Origin: a virus
DNA: 64,000 nt
IMG/VR virus record: IMGVR_UViG_3300045988_117710
Strand: one strand, 5' to 3'
Position 1 is the stretch's first letter. Every line of letters begins with the position of its first letter. A program made the translations under genes and the position numbers. The notes beneath the pieces were generated by a model. That model was not told the DNA's origin, ran no database searches, and saw only the letters and a program-made list of their open reading frames with translations. Of the stretch, positions 9,201 to 18,989 are shown piece by piece.

Positions 9201-10544
9201 ATGAATAATTTAGTGATTGCAAATCCCGAAAGGTTGGATGATCAGTCTTTTAAAATTACTATTGCTGGAAAAGACTATGAATATGAAATTTCAGAAGATA
9301 AGGATATTGATAAAGTAATAGCCAAGTTAGTTCAATGGATTTCAAGAGGAGATGATTCTTTTGGAGGGTTATATGATTATATTAAACGTAGTTTCCAATT
9401 AGTTGGTGAGTACGAGGAACCTGTTGTTGAAGATGAGCTTCCTGAAGAACCAAAATCTATCTTACCATCTGACGGTCAAGATTTAGATGATGTTCAATCT
9501 AATGAACTAGAATTCAAAGTAGATATACTTTCTAGTAGTGAAGTTAGTGTTTCTCTTGGAGAATTTTCTGCAGTATTTAATCTAGCTGGTAATGCAGATA
9601 ATTTTGAGACTGAGTTGAGAGAATTAATTAAAGATGAAATGACTCTTAAAGATAGAATTGATTTAAATACTTTTCTTGTTAAAGAACTCGATACTGATAA
9701 TTCAGTAGATGTTTATAATCTATCTGGTTTGGTTCTTGATCCAAACTTTGAGATAGTTTCTAGTGTTGAAGGTGAAGAACTTACAGATTTAGCTGTGGAT
9801 GGAGAACATGAAGTTCCAGATATTGTTATCGGTGATACAACAGATGAGGTTGATATTCCTAGTGATGATGCCGAGGTTGTTGATACTGAAGAAGTTGTGT
9901 CTGATGAAGATACAGAAGATGATTTAGAAGATGAAGCTCTTAATGCTGAAGAAGATTTAACAGATGATTATGAACCTAGTGAGGATGAAGAGTCTGAAGA
10001 GGATGATTCAGATGAAGAGGATGATGAAGATTCTAAATCAAAGAAGAAATCAAAGAAGAAATCTAAGAAGTCAAAGAAGAAATCGAAGAAGAAATCCAAG
10101 AAAGAATCTTATGATGCTTTTGGTAATCTCTTAACTGAAGATGAGGTGTTTGATGGTGTAATTGATTTACCTGTTGAACCAACTGAAATAGATTTTACAG
10201 ACGAAGAAGTCGAAGATAAGTTTACTCTTGAAGATTTAATTGTTTCTGAAGATTTCCTAAGTAGTTTAAGAGATTTAGGTTTATCTTTATTCAAATTTAC
10301 TAATAAGGATAATAATTTAGAGAATTTATACTTTGTTGGTGGTATTAATAGTAATGATGGTACTCTTTACACTTTAACCTACCAAATGGGAGATTCGTAT
10401 AGTACATTAGATGGAGAATTTGAAGATCTATCTACTAATGAATATGAACTATCTAATATTGAGGACTTAACTATTGTTACTAACTATTTAAGTAAGTTAT
10501 TAGATTTGGTTTATAATAGAGAGTTAGGAGAGGACAATGAGTAA
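9201..10544 (+). CDS. highly acidic protein with a central Lys/Ser (KSKKK) tandem repeat
   Basis: 447 aa, rich in Asp/Glu. A KSKKKSKKKSKKSKKKSKKKSKK block is flanked by DDSDEEDDED. Confidence 0.55.
   Translation: MNNLVIANPERLDDQSFKITIAGKDYEYEISEDKDIDKVIAKLVQWISRGDDSFGGLYDYIKRSFQLVGEYEEPVVEDELPEEPKSILPSDGQDLDDVQSNELEFKVDILSSSEVSVSLGEFSAVFNLAGNADNFETELRELIKDEMTLKDRIDLNTFLVKELDTDNSVDVYNLSGLVLDPNFEIVSSVEGEELTDLAVDGEHEVPDIVIGDTTDEVDIPSDDAEVVDTEEVVSDEDTEDDLEDEALNAEEDLTDDYEPSEDEESEEDDSDEEDDEDSKSKKKSKKKSKKSKKKSKKKSKKESYDAFGNLLTEDEVFDGVIDLPVEPTEIDFTDEEVEDKFTLEDLIVSEDFLSSLRDLGLSLFKFTNKDNNLENLYFVGGINSNDGTLYTLTYQMGDSYSTLDGEFEDLSTNEYELSNIEDLTIVTNYLSKLLDLVYNRELGEDNE
10034..10106 (+). repeat. 12-nt tandem repeat (aagaagaaatca)n encoding the KSKK units
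   Basis: Direct tandem repeats with synonymous third-position variation. Confidence 0.7.
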
Positions 10545-11400
10545 GAAGGTAATTAAGTCTGTTGATGTTTTAGACGATATAAGAGTAAATCCTGAAGAAG
10601 GTAAGAAGACAATTCTTAAGGTTATTGATAAGGATGAGAACAGAGAAGATAGAATGAAGTCAGCTGATTCTGCTGAAGTATTTCCAACTCCTGCTGAACC
10701 AGTTATTAATGAAGCTGTTAGTTCTACATTAAATCAAAATGTTAAGGATTATTTAATTCAAGATTTAACTAAAGAAGATTTTGTTGGTGATGAGGATGTT
10801 AAAGATGTTTTAGATAAGGTTGATATCTTTAAGATTCTTAATTCAGTTGATGGTGATTTAACTGAATCTTATGGTACTAACTATGGAGATATTAATATTC
10901 TATTCTCTAGAAGTTCTAAAGATTGTATCCGTGAGTCAGCTCTTATTGAATACTCTACTTCTGGTAATAAGTCATATGTTTTAGGACTTAATATTTTAGA
11001 AGCGGAAGATAATAAAGTTAACTTTATAGTTAAATCTAGTTATGGTGTTGATATTTATTCTAAAGTTTGTACACCAAATCAAATTGCTAATACTGTTTAC
11101 AGATTCTTGGAAGCAGTTTATTTAAGAGATAAGTTTGCAAGTATTCTTAATGAATCAGTTGATTCTGATAGATGGGGTGAAATCATTAGTGATGTTAATG
11201 AGTTTGCAAAGAATATAGATGCTGGTAAAGATGTTCTTAAGATTAGTTATTCTGAAGATAACTCTAAACCTTTAGAAGTTACTATTGCTAGAGGAACTAA
11301 TAATCAGGTATTCGATGATGTTAGAAAATATATAGAAGATACTTACAGAGATGAAGTTGAAATAACTGATATCGATGATTCAAGTTTCTTACTAAAGTAG
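10537..11400 (+). CDS. hypothetical protein
   Basis: Overlaps the upstream stop. 287 aa. Confidence 0.5.
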   Translation: MSKKVIKSVDVLDDIRVNPEEGKKTILKVIDKDENREDRMKSADSAEVFPTPAEPVINEAVSSTLNQNVKDYLIQDLTKEDFVGDEDVKDVLDKVDIFKILNSVDGDLTESYGTNYGDINILFSRSSKDCIRESALIEYSTSGNKSYVLGLNILEAEDNKVNFIVKSSYGVDIYSKVCTPNQIANTVYRFLEAVYLRDKFASILNESVDSDRWGEIISDVNEFAKNIDAGKDVLKISYSEDNSKPLEVTIARGTNNQVFDDVRKYIEDTYRDEVEITDIDDSSFLLK

Positions 11401-11415
11401 TTTAAGGAGTTAGAT

Positions 11416-14400
11416 ATGAATGGTAATCAATTAATTACAAAGCATTCTGCTAAATTTGATACTGTTGAGAAATCTAAAAGACCTGGAGTTCTAGCTACTT
11501 TGAGAGGTCCTGTTACTGGATGGAAACCTAATCGTAATGGTAGAACTTATTCTAGGGATTTATGGGTTAAAGCATTAAATTCTGATTATGTTAAGGAACA
11601 AGTTGCTCTTAATCATTTTGTTGGTGAAGCAGATCACCCAGAAGAAAGACTTGAACCAGTAATTCAAAATATGTCACACGCTATGAGAGATTTTGAATTT
11701 GATGATGCTAATCAAGAAGTTATTGCTACTATTGATATTCTAGATACTCCATGTGGAAATATGCTTAAGACTTTATATGATTATTCTGGAGCTTTAAGTT
11801 TTTCTACTAGAGGTTCTGGAGATGTTTTAGAAGATGGTGAAGTTGATCCAGAAACATATCAATTATTTGCCATTGATGCTGTTTTAAGACCAAGTTATGC
11901 AACAGCTACTGTTAGAAATCTTTTAACTGAAAGTGAATCTTTACATAAGAATAAAGATGTTAAGAAGGTTCTTGAATCTTATTCTGGTGAGAAAGAATTA
12001 GATGAGTCTGTTGATTGGGATTATTTTAATATATTCCATGATATTAACGATAAATATTTACCTGATTCTGGTGAAGGTGATAATATGGCCACTCAAACTG
12101 TAACAGCTGTTAATAAGTTAGTTTATAAGTGGTATAATGATGGTGATGTATATGATAATTCAACTGCTTCTGGTCTAGATGGTTGGGGAAATGATTTATC
12201 TGATTATGCTAACTGGCTTGCAAAGAATATAGATGGTTGTAAGGATATTCTAGATAGAATTTTTGAAATCCATTATGGTGATAATGGTGCTTATGAAGAT
12301 TTACTTAAGGATTTAGCAAATAATTGTTTAGATGAAAATTTACTTTCTGGTTTAGCTACTCAACCTAAGGAAGGTTCTGTTTATGAATGTTCTGGTGATT
12401 ATTCTTTTGATGAGAGTAGAAACTATGATGAAGAATATGATGAGTCTGAAAACTTAGAAGAGGTTGTTCGTGTATACGATGATGAGAAAGATTATAGTTC
12501 TGAATTAGAGGAAGTATTCAATATTGTTGGTGGTTTTATTAATAATGATTTCAAATCTAATACCAAGGATTATTTAAGATATTCTGGTTCTACTGATCGT
12601 GTAGATAGTAGTAAAGTATTTGATGGTTTAGCTAGTGCATTAGGAGCTGCTGGTTATATTGTTTCTAAAGATCGTGTTTCTCATGCACATAATATTGGTA
12701 ACAATAATGCCTATGAAATATTCAAGGATTCTGAATGTATTGGATTCTTAAATGTTAATAGTGGTATGTATGGTGAAGCATATGTATATGTTGAGAACCT
12801 ATCTAATGGTAGAGTTGGTGGTGCTTGGGAATTACATTCTAGAGGTACTTCTACTTTCAAAGAAGGTGAAGAATTAGGTAAGGTTAATACTAAAACTGAT
12901 TTATCAAAGAAATATATCTTTAATGACAAGGGTGTTGAAAGAACTGTAACTGAAGTTGAACCACTTGCTTATAGAGATGGATATAAGTTTAGAGAGATTC
13001 TAGATAATGGTTCAGTAGGTAAAGTTGTTCATACTATGAGTAAAGCTGATTTTGATTCTTTAAAGGAATTAACTGAAGATGCTGATAGTGTTGTAGCAAT
13101 TCCTGATGATGTTAAGGAAGCTGTTGAAACTGAAGTTTATGATGATAGAAACATTGATGTTAGAAGTTCTATGTTCAAAGGTAATGATTTTGTAGTTGAA
13201 GCTAGAAATGAGTTATCTGAAGATGAATTTACTAAGATTGTTGATAGAATTCAATATCATTTCAATAATTATGGTATTGTTTATGACTCTATTGAAGATG
13301 ATGACAATAATGTAATTGCTATTGATTGTGGTATGTCTGCTAGTGCTTATGAAGAGTACAAAGCAAATTCTGATGATTATACTCTTAATGATGAATCATT
13401 TACTATGTATAATGCTGATACAGATAAAACTGTTAGAGTTTACAAAGATGGTGGTAAATGGGTAGATGAAGATGGTAATCGTTATATGAGTTACCTAACT
13501 AAGTCTGATATTAAGAAGTATTTCAAAGGTAATTGGGTTGAATTAGATGAGTCTGAACAATTAAATGAGTATGGTGATACTAAAGATTATTCAGAAGATA
13601 TTCAAAAGTTATTTAAGAAATGGTTTAAGGATAATGCTGATTTAGGTATTCGTGCTTGGCAGGCAATGACTGATTCATATCATTTAGATATTGAAACTAT
13701 GGATAAGGGTGAAGGTTCTGAAAGAAGAAAACTTTACAAGGTTGTTAATAATTCACCATTTGTTGAAGTTGAAGATTGGGCTGATGAGATTGGTGAGTAC
13801 ATTGCAGATAATTTACATTCATTAAAGTATATCAAACATACTTTCAATGATAAGTCATTCTTTAGTGATGATGAAACTGCTGGTGATATTACTTGGTACT
13901 TTGTTCAACAAATTGGTATGCCAGATTTTGGTGATAATATATTTGATTCAGAGAAGTTATCTGAAGACAATGAACCTAAGACTACTAAAGAGTTTAGAAT
14001 TATAGATACTGAAACTGGTAAGATTCTTAAGGTATTTAAAGATGATGAAGAATCTAAAGGTTATGAAGAAATGAGAGCCATGGGTGAAGAACTTAAGAAG
14101 GCAGGTAAAGAAGATAACTTAATCTATAAAGAGTTTAAGGTTAAGAACAAACCTGAAAGACTTAAGGAAGATTCTACTTGGGCTGAGATTATGATTGATA
14201 GAGCTTTAGAGTCTGGTGTTAGAAAGACACAATATCAAGATGTTGATGGTGTTAAGGATCAGTATTATGTAGTTGCTAATTTCCAAGACGTTGGAACTAG
14301 AGCAGATGCAAGAAAGTATTGTAAAGCTCAAGGATGGAGTGCTGTTAATGATTCTACTTTAGATAAGGGAGTTATGTATAGATATCCTTTAGTTATTTAT

Positions 14401-15249
14401 ATTCCTGCTGATAAGCTTCCAGATGGTGTTCAAGTAATTAATGAAGCTGGTGTTAATTTAGATGTTAGTGCTGGTGTTGATTTACCAGATGATGCTGTTA
14501 GTGGTATTATAAGTGCTCTACCTGCATTACTTGCTTCTGATAAACCAGATTTTGATACATTCTGTGAAGAGAATTATGAAGCAATTAATAATGCTTATGA
14601 TGAATGTAAGGCAAGTGATTTAGGTATTTCAGTAGAAGAGTATTGGGCTATGGATGAACCTGTAGATCCTAAATACTGGGAGATGGTTGCTAGAGATATG
14701 TATGAAGATAGTAATAGTTTAGTTGAAGATGTTAATGATTCTCAAGAATACATTGATAAATTCAATGAACTATATAGCAAGTATTGTGTTGCTAGTAAAG
14801 AAGATGAAGAAGTTATTAAGTCTGAAGTGGTTGATTTACTTACTAATGCACCTGTAGGAACTGCTTTATATAGACTTTATAAAGATACTTCTAGTGGATG
14901 GACTAGTCGTGGTTCTTATTCTAATACTAGAACTGAAATTCATGAATATCTAAAGTCAGGTGAAAATGAATGGACAATTAATGGTCGTAAGAAAAATGAC
15001 ATGAGAGATGCTATGTTATCAATCTTATATAATCCTGGAGAGTTCATGACTAAGGAAGAAGCAGAAGCTCAAAAGAAAGAGCAATCTAAGAATGATACTT
15101 CTTCTCGTAGAGAGATTGTAAATGTTGGTACTGATTCAGCTGGCAATCCTGTAGGTAAGTCTACTAATACTGTAACTTATCCAAATAGAGAAGTTGAGTC
15201 TGTTGATTTCTTGGATGATTACTTTGCATATCATAAAGGTAACTTCTAG
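11416..15249 (+). CDS. putative prohead protease fusion protein: N-terminal HK97-family (S78/U35-like) prohead serine protease domain plus a ~1100-aa acidic extension
   Basis: Residues ~20-135 fit the prohead-protease pattern: G-x-(A/V)-x-x-W...R-x-G-x-x-x-x-x-x-W-x-K-x-L, then L-N-H (candidate catalytic His67), then G-A-L-S-F-S-T-R-G (candidate catalytic Ser). The remainder is Asp/Glu-rich and scaffold-like. C-terminus DDYFAYHKGNF. Confidence 0.45.
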   Translation: MNGNQLITKHSAKFDTVEKSKRPGVLATLRGPVTGWKPNRNGRTYSRDLWVKALNSDYVKEQVALNHFVGEADHPEERLEPVIQNMSHAMRDFEFDDANQEVIATIDILDTPCGNMLKTLYDYSGALSFSTRGSGDVLEDGEVDPETYQLFAIDAVLRPSYATATVRNLLTESESLHKNKDVKKVLESYSGEKELDESVDWDYFNIFHDINDKYLPDSGEGDNMATQTVTAVNKLVYKWYNDGDVYDNSTASGLDGWGNDLSDYANWLAKNIDGCKDILDRIFEIHYGDNGAYEDLLKDLANNCLDENLLSGLATQPKEGSVYECSGDYSFDESRNYDEEYDESENLEEVVRVYDDEKDYSSELEEVFNIVGGFINNDFKSNTKDYLRYSGSTDRVDSSKVFDGLASALGAAGYIVSKDRVSHAHNIGNNNAYEIFKDSECIGFLNVNSGMYGEAYVYVENLSNGRVGGAWELHSRGTSTFKEGEELGKVNTKTDLSKKYIFNDKGVERTVTEVEPLAYRDGYKFREILDNGSVGKVVHTMSKADFDSLKELTEDADSVVAIPDDVKEAVETEVYDDRNIDVRSSMFKGNDFVVEARNELSEDEFTKIVDRIQYHFNNYGIVYDSIEDDDNNVIAIDCGMSASAYEEYKANSDDYTLNDESFTMYNADTDKTVRVYKDGGKWVDEDGNRYMSYLTKSDIKKYFKGNWVELDESEQLNEYGDTKDYSEDIQKLFKKWFKDNADLGIRAWQAMTDSYHLDIETMDKGEGSERRKLYKVVNNSPFVEVEDWADEIGEYIADNLHSLKYIKHTFNDKSFFSDDETAGDITWYFVQQIGMPDFGDNIFDSEKLSEDNEPKTTKEFRIIDTETGKILKVFKDDEESKGYEEMRAMGEELKKAGKEDNLIYKEFKVKNKPERLKEDSTWAEIMIDRALESGVRKTQYQDVDGVKDQYYVVANFQDVGTRADARKYCKAQGWSAVNDSTLDKGVMYRYPLVIYIPADKLPDGVQVINEAGVNLDVSAGVDLPDDAVSGIISALPALLASDKPDFDTFCEENYEAINNAYDECKASDLGISVEEYWAMDEPVDPKYWEMVARDMYEDSNSLVEDVNDSQEYIDKFNELYSKYCVASKEDEEVIKSEVVDLLTNAPVGTALYRLYKDTSSGWTSRGSYSNTRTEIHEYLKSGENEWTINGRKKNDMRDAMLSILYNPGEFMTKEEAEAQKKEQSKNDTSSRREIVNVGTDSAGNPVGKSTNTVTYPNREVESVDFLDDYFAYHKGNF

Positions 15250-15270
15250 GAGTTGCCTTTTTCTTTATTA

Positions 15271-15280
15271 TTCGTATAAT
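15271..15280 (+). promoter_or_regulatory. class-A promoter-like motif TTCGTATAAT
   Basis: Follows a T-rich tract after the stop of 11416..15249; 23 nt upstream of the AGGAGGAG RBS. Confidence 0.45.
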
Positions 15281-15302
15281 ATAGTAATTAGGAGGAGATT
15301 AT

Positions 15303-16388
15303 ATGAGTACTCATTGTGGTATAGGAATTAAACGTAAGAATGGTGCTGTTGATGCTACTTATTGTCATTTTGATGGATATCTTGATGGTGTTGGTGAGAA
15401 TCTTAAGAATTTCTTTAGAGATGCTGATAAGGTAAGTAATCTAGTTAGTATGGGTGATTTAAGAGGTATTAGTGATTCTGGTGAAGTTGAAGCTTTCGAT
15501 GATGAAGTTGGTTTTGATGACAAACATTTCAGATCTGTAGAAGAGTTTCTTCAAAGTGATTTAGGAACTTTAGAATATACTTATTTATTTGATGAAGATA
15601 CTAATAGATGGTATTTCCTAGGTGGAGAGGATCCAGAAACTGATATTTTTGATGGTTCTTTAGGAATGTATCATTTAGATAGAGAATCTTTAGAGGAAGA
15701 TGATAAGTCAACTTTCGAGATATTTAGAAGAACTTATCCTAGAGGACAAAATTCTTATGAAGTAGTTATTGATGAAACTATTTATAGAGATGGACGTGGT
15801 AGAAGACATAGTGACCATAAGACTTATAAGGTTTATAAGAATGGTGAACAAATTTTATTTACTTCAGTTCCTCAAACTTATAATAAGTGTTTAAGAAATA
15901 TTGAAGCTGGTAAGTATGATTTTATGTCTGTTAAAGAGATTTCTAATTCTCTTACTGGTGTTAATGAAAGTGAGTTCTATGTTAAGGAATTCAATCAAGA
16001 TGGAACTAATATAGATTATGTTGAGTTTGATAGTCAACATGAAGCAGAAGATTATGCAAGTTCTTTAAATAAGAAGACAGGACATGAAGTTGCTGTTTAT
16101 ATGAGTTCTAATGATGAATGTATTTCTCTTTATGATAAGTTAGATGAACATTCTTTAAAAGACTTAGTTGCTGATAATGATAGTGAGGCAATGAGAAAGT
16201 TAATTAGTTATTGTGAAAATTTTGGTACTAATGAAGTTTGGGAAGAAACTTTAAAACAATTACTAAAATATGTTTCTGAAGATGTTATTGAAAATTATAT
16301 TCATTATGAATTGAATGATTTAGTTTCTGATGAAGTTCCAGAAAGTATTACTGATGACTATTTTGATTTCCATAATGGAAATTATTAA
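15303..16388 (+). CDS. hypothetical protein sharing a C-terminal DDYF-x-FH-x-GN-[FY] motif with the upstream protease-fusion protein
   Basis: C-terminus DDYFDFHNGNY, compared with DDYFAYHKGNF in the previous gene. Confidence 0.5.
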   Translation: MSTHCGIGIKRKNGAVDATYCHFDGYLDGVGENLKNFFRDADKVSNLVSMGDLRGISDSGEVEAFDDEVGFDDKHFRSVEEFLQSDLGTLEYTYLFDEDTNRWYFLGGEDPETDIFDGSLGMYHLDRESLEEDDKSTFEIFRRTYPRGQNSYEVVIDETIYRDGRGRRHSDHKTYKVYKNGEQILFTSVPQTYNKCLRNIEAGKYDFMSVKEISNSLTGVNESEFYVKEFNQDGTNIDYVEFDSQHEAEDYASSLNKKTGHEVAVYMSSNDECISLYDKLDEHSLKDLVADNDSEAMRKLISYCENFGTNEVWEETLKQLLKYVSEDVIENYIHYELNDLVSDEVPESITDDYFDFHNGNY

Positions 16389-16414
16389 TTCTAATTAAGA
16401 AAGAAGGTAGATTT

Positions 16415-17887
16415 ATGAAATTATTAAGTAATGACAGACCCTTTGATGTTTGGTCTAAAGCAACTAGTATTCTCTATAGAGCTGTGGCGCATACTTTAGG
16501 TCCTAATGGTGCTAATACAGCTGTTGTATATGGAGATAGATTAGAATCTAATGCTAAGTTTAATATTATTAATGATGGTAAATCTATTATTGATAATTTA
16601 ACTAGTGAAGAAGCTGTTGTGGCTTGTGCTTTACAAACATTGAAAGAGTCTGTTCTTTCAACTAACAATAATGCAGGTGATGGTACTACTAGTACTATTG
16701 TTATGTTGCATGGTTTAGTTTCTGATTTGAATAATTATTTTGATGTTGATAAGGATTCTATTAAGTTATGTTCATTGGTTAGAAGAATCAAGAAAGAGTT
16801 ACTTGATATTCTTCCAAGTATTACTGAAGATGTGTCTATTGATGATGTTTTCAATATTGCAACTACCAGTTTAGGTTCTGATGAGTATTCTTCTTTGTTT
16901 GATGAAGCTTTCAGATTTGTTGGGGAGAATGGTAAGGTTCTTCTTGAGAGAACTACTGGTGATGAGTGTGTTGTTGAGAAGTTAGATGGTGTTTCTTTTG
17001 ATCGTGTTGGTCTTGTTGCAGAGTTACTTCTTGATGATATTGGAACTATTAATAAGACAGTTGATGCTAGGTCAATTATTCTAGATGGAGATATTTCTTC
17101 ATTCAGTCAGATATCAAAGATTCTTTTAGCAGGTAAGACATCTGATGTTCCTATTGTAATGTACTTTACGAAGATGACTCAAGAGGTTTTCCAATTGATG
17201 CTTCAGAATATTGTTAAGTCTGATATGAAGATAATTCCTGTTTCTCTTGAAGGTTATGGTCAAGAGAAAGTAAGATATATTAAGTTACTTGAATCTGTAA
17301 TTGGTCATGATGCTGTTAAGATTGGTGACTTGGCTGGGGTTCAAGATTTATCTGATGTGAATCATTATATTTTTAATTCTGATGCGATGATGGTTCGTCC
17401 ATTGGATATGGAGAAATTTGAGGAAGTAAAAGACCAATTAAGGTTGAATATTTCTTCAAAGACTGCTATTATTAAAGTAGGTGCTGGTAATGCTGTACTC
17501 CAAGAGGAATTATTCAAGAGATTTGAAGATGCTGTGTATTCAGTGTCAAATTCTCTTAAATTTGGTCGTTGTTTAGGGGGAGGGGTTAGTTATATTACTT
17601 TGGCAGATAAGTTTGCTGAAGGGGCTGATTCTTCGGTTTCTAGTTGGATTAAGAATGCTATGCGATGTGTATACAAGTTGTTACTTGAAAATTGTGATTT
17701 GACTTTTGAGGATAATGGTACTTATTTATTACCTAAGTTTGATGCTGAAACTGATTCTTGGTCTTTGAGTGATGAATTGGTTGTATATGATTCTTATAAG
17801 GTAATTGAGCAAGTAGTTTCCAATAGTTTTGATATGTTATACTCAATTCTATCGGTAAAAGCATTTATTCTTGATCCAAAACGTTAA
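16415..17887 (+). CDS. GroEL-like group I chaperonin (phage-encoded Cpn60 homolog)
   Basis: 490 aa. Aligns with GroEL at TLGPNGANTAVV (GroEL VTLGPKGRNVVL), NDGKSI (KDGVSV) and AGDGTTSTIVML (AGDGTTTATVLA), with a later GGGV motif. No GroES-like gene adjacent. Confidence 0.7.
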   Translation: MKLLSNDRPFDVWSKATSILYRAVAHTLGPNGANTAVVYGDRLESNAKFNIINDGKSIIDNLTSEEAVVACALQTLKESVLSTNNNAGDGTTSTIVMLHGLVSDLNNYFDVDKDSIKLCSLVRRIKKELLDILPSITEDVSIDDVFNIATTSLGSDEYSSLFDEAFRFVGENGKVLLERTTGDECVVEKLDGVSFDRVGLVAELLLDDIGTINKTVDARSIILDGDISSFSQISKILLAGKTSDVPIVMYFTKMTQEVFQLMLQNIVKSDMKIIPVSLEGYGQEKVRYIKLLESVIGHDAVKIGDLAGVQDLSDVNHYIFNSDAMMVRPLDMEKFEEVKDQLRLNISSKTAIIKVGAGNAVLQEELFKRFEDAVYSVSNSLKFGRCLGGGVSYITLADKFAEGADSSVSSWIKNAMRCVYKLLLENCDLTFEDNGTYLLPKFDAETDSWSLSDELVVYDSYKVIEQVVSNSFDMLYSILSVKAFILDPKR

Positions 17888-17904
17888 TTTTTCAAAAAGT
17901 TTAC

Positions 17905-17945
17905 ACTGAACAAAGTCTTATTTCACTGGGCTTTGTTCTCTTTTA
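17905..17945. terminator. intrinsic terminator
   Basis: gaacaaag...ctttgttc stem with a long loop, then TCTTTT. Confidence 0.45.
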
Positions 17946-17997
17946 TGAAAAGTTTTCTAAATTTTTTGCAAAATTTAGTTCACTTTTTTAGAGTTCT

Positions 17998-18007
17998 AGT
18001 GTATAAT
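17998..18007 (+). promoter_or_regulatory. class-A variant promoter (AGTGTATAAT) in the 173-nt regulatory region
   Basis: GTGTATAAT is the -10-like element. Downstream hairpin ggttata-N11-tataacc (18008-18033) sits in the leader of the gene at 18062. Confidence 0.3.
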
Positions 18008-18061
18008 GGTTATAGTTGGAGGCAGGTATAACCACTGCACTAACGAGAAAGGTGGTATATT

Positions 18062-18934
18062 ATGAATACAAATGAACAATTCGGTTATGACAAATTATTG
18101 ACAAAGGAGGAATTCTACTTAGATGTGATTTATCCCAATATTGTGAAGTCTGCTGGTATCTTTTATTTCAAAGAGGAGTATGCAAGAGCCAGAAGAAATG
18201 GTAATACTATTGAGGATGTAATCCAACAAACTTTCTTCTATGCTTATAAGCCATTAGTACGTGGTGGTAAGTATGGCAAAGCTGGAGGAACTATTTATGA
18301 TTATTATGTGGATAATTATTTCCATGTAAAGAACGGGGATGTTGCACAAGTTCCTATTTATGAAAAGGATGAGAATGGTAAGAAGGTTGAGACAGGTGAG
18401 TATCGTGAAGTTCCTATAACACCTTGCCTTAATACAATTCGTGCTTATATGAATACCTTTGTTAGAAATGTTTTGGTTGATATGTGTAAGGTAGCAGAGA
18501 ATCAAAAGACTTTAGTTTCTTTTGATACACCTATTGGTGATGAAGAGGATGGTAGAACTCTTCTAGATGTTTTCTCTGATACTGAAGATAGCTCTATTAA
18601 TGAAACTATTGATGATTTTCATATCACTGTTAAGGATACGTTTTTGATTAACACTTATGGTAAAAAGATTAATATTCTTGATGTTTTATATTCTTTAGAG
18701 AGTGGTTCTTCTGTTAAGGATGTATGCAATCAATTTAATTTAAGTACTTATGATGTTCTTAACTTCTTTAAAGAGAATTTTAATCTAATGCAAGATAGTT
18801 TTGATGCTGTTACAGATGTTAGTAGAGTTAAGCTAGAACAAAAGTTACGTCGTGCCAAGAAAGAATTGTCTAAAGTTGAAGAAGTAATTTCTGATTATAC
18901 TTTAGATGCCATCAGGGAGTTTATGTTAAGTTAG
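18062..18934 (+). CDS. hypothetical protein, possibly a sigma-factor-like transcription regulator
   Basis: Weak resemblance to sigma region 2.2 (IEDVIQQTFFYAYKPL, compared with EDLIQEGNIGLMKAV). Possible C-terminal HTH (SVKDVCNQFNLSTYDVLNFF). Long regulatory leader. Confidence 0.25.
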   Translation: MNTNEQFGYDKLLTKEEFYLDVIYPNIVKSAGIFYFKEEYARARRNGNTIEDVIQQTFFYAYKPLVRGGKYGKAGGTIYDYYVDNYFHVKNGDVAQVPIYEKDENGKKVETGEYREVPITPCLNTIRAYMNTFVRNVLVDMCKVAENQKTLVSFDTPIGDEEDGRTLLDVFSDTEDSSINETIDDFHITVKDTFLINTYGKKINILDVLYSLESGSSVKDVCNQFNLSTYDVLNFFKENFNLMQDSFDAVTDVSRVKLEQKLRRAKKELSKVEEVISDYTLDAIREFMLS

Positions 18935-18961
18935 CAATGATTCATTCATTGCTTTCTTTTT
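18934..18961. terminator. intrinsic terminator
   Basis: gcaatg-attcatt-cattgc hairpin, then TTTCTTTTT. Confidence 0.55.
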
Positions 18962-18969
18962 CGTATAAT
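18960..18969 (+). promoter_or_regulatory. class-A promoter-like motif TTCGTATAAT
   Basis: Directly after the terminator; 20 nt before the RBS of the clamp-loader gene. Confidence 0.45.
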
Positions 18970-18989
18970 ACATTGAAAGAGGTGAATTT

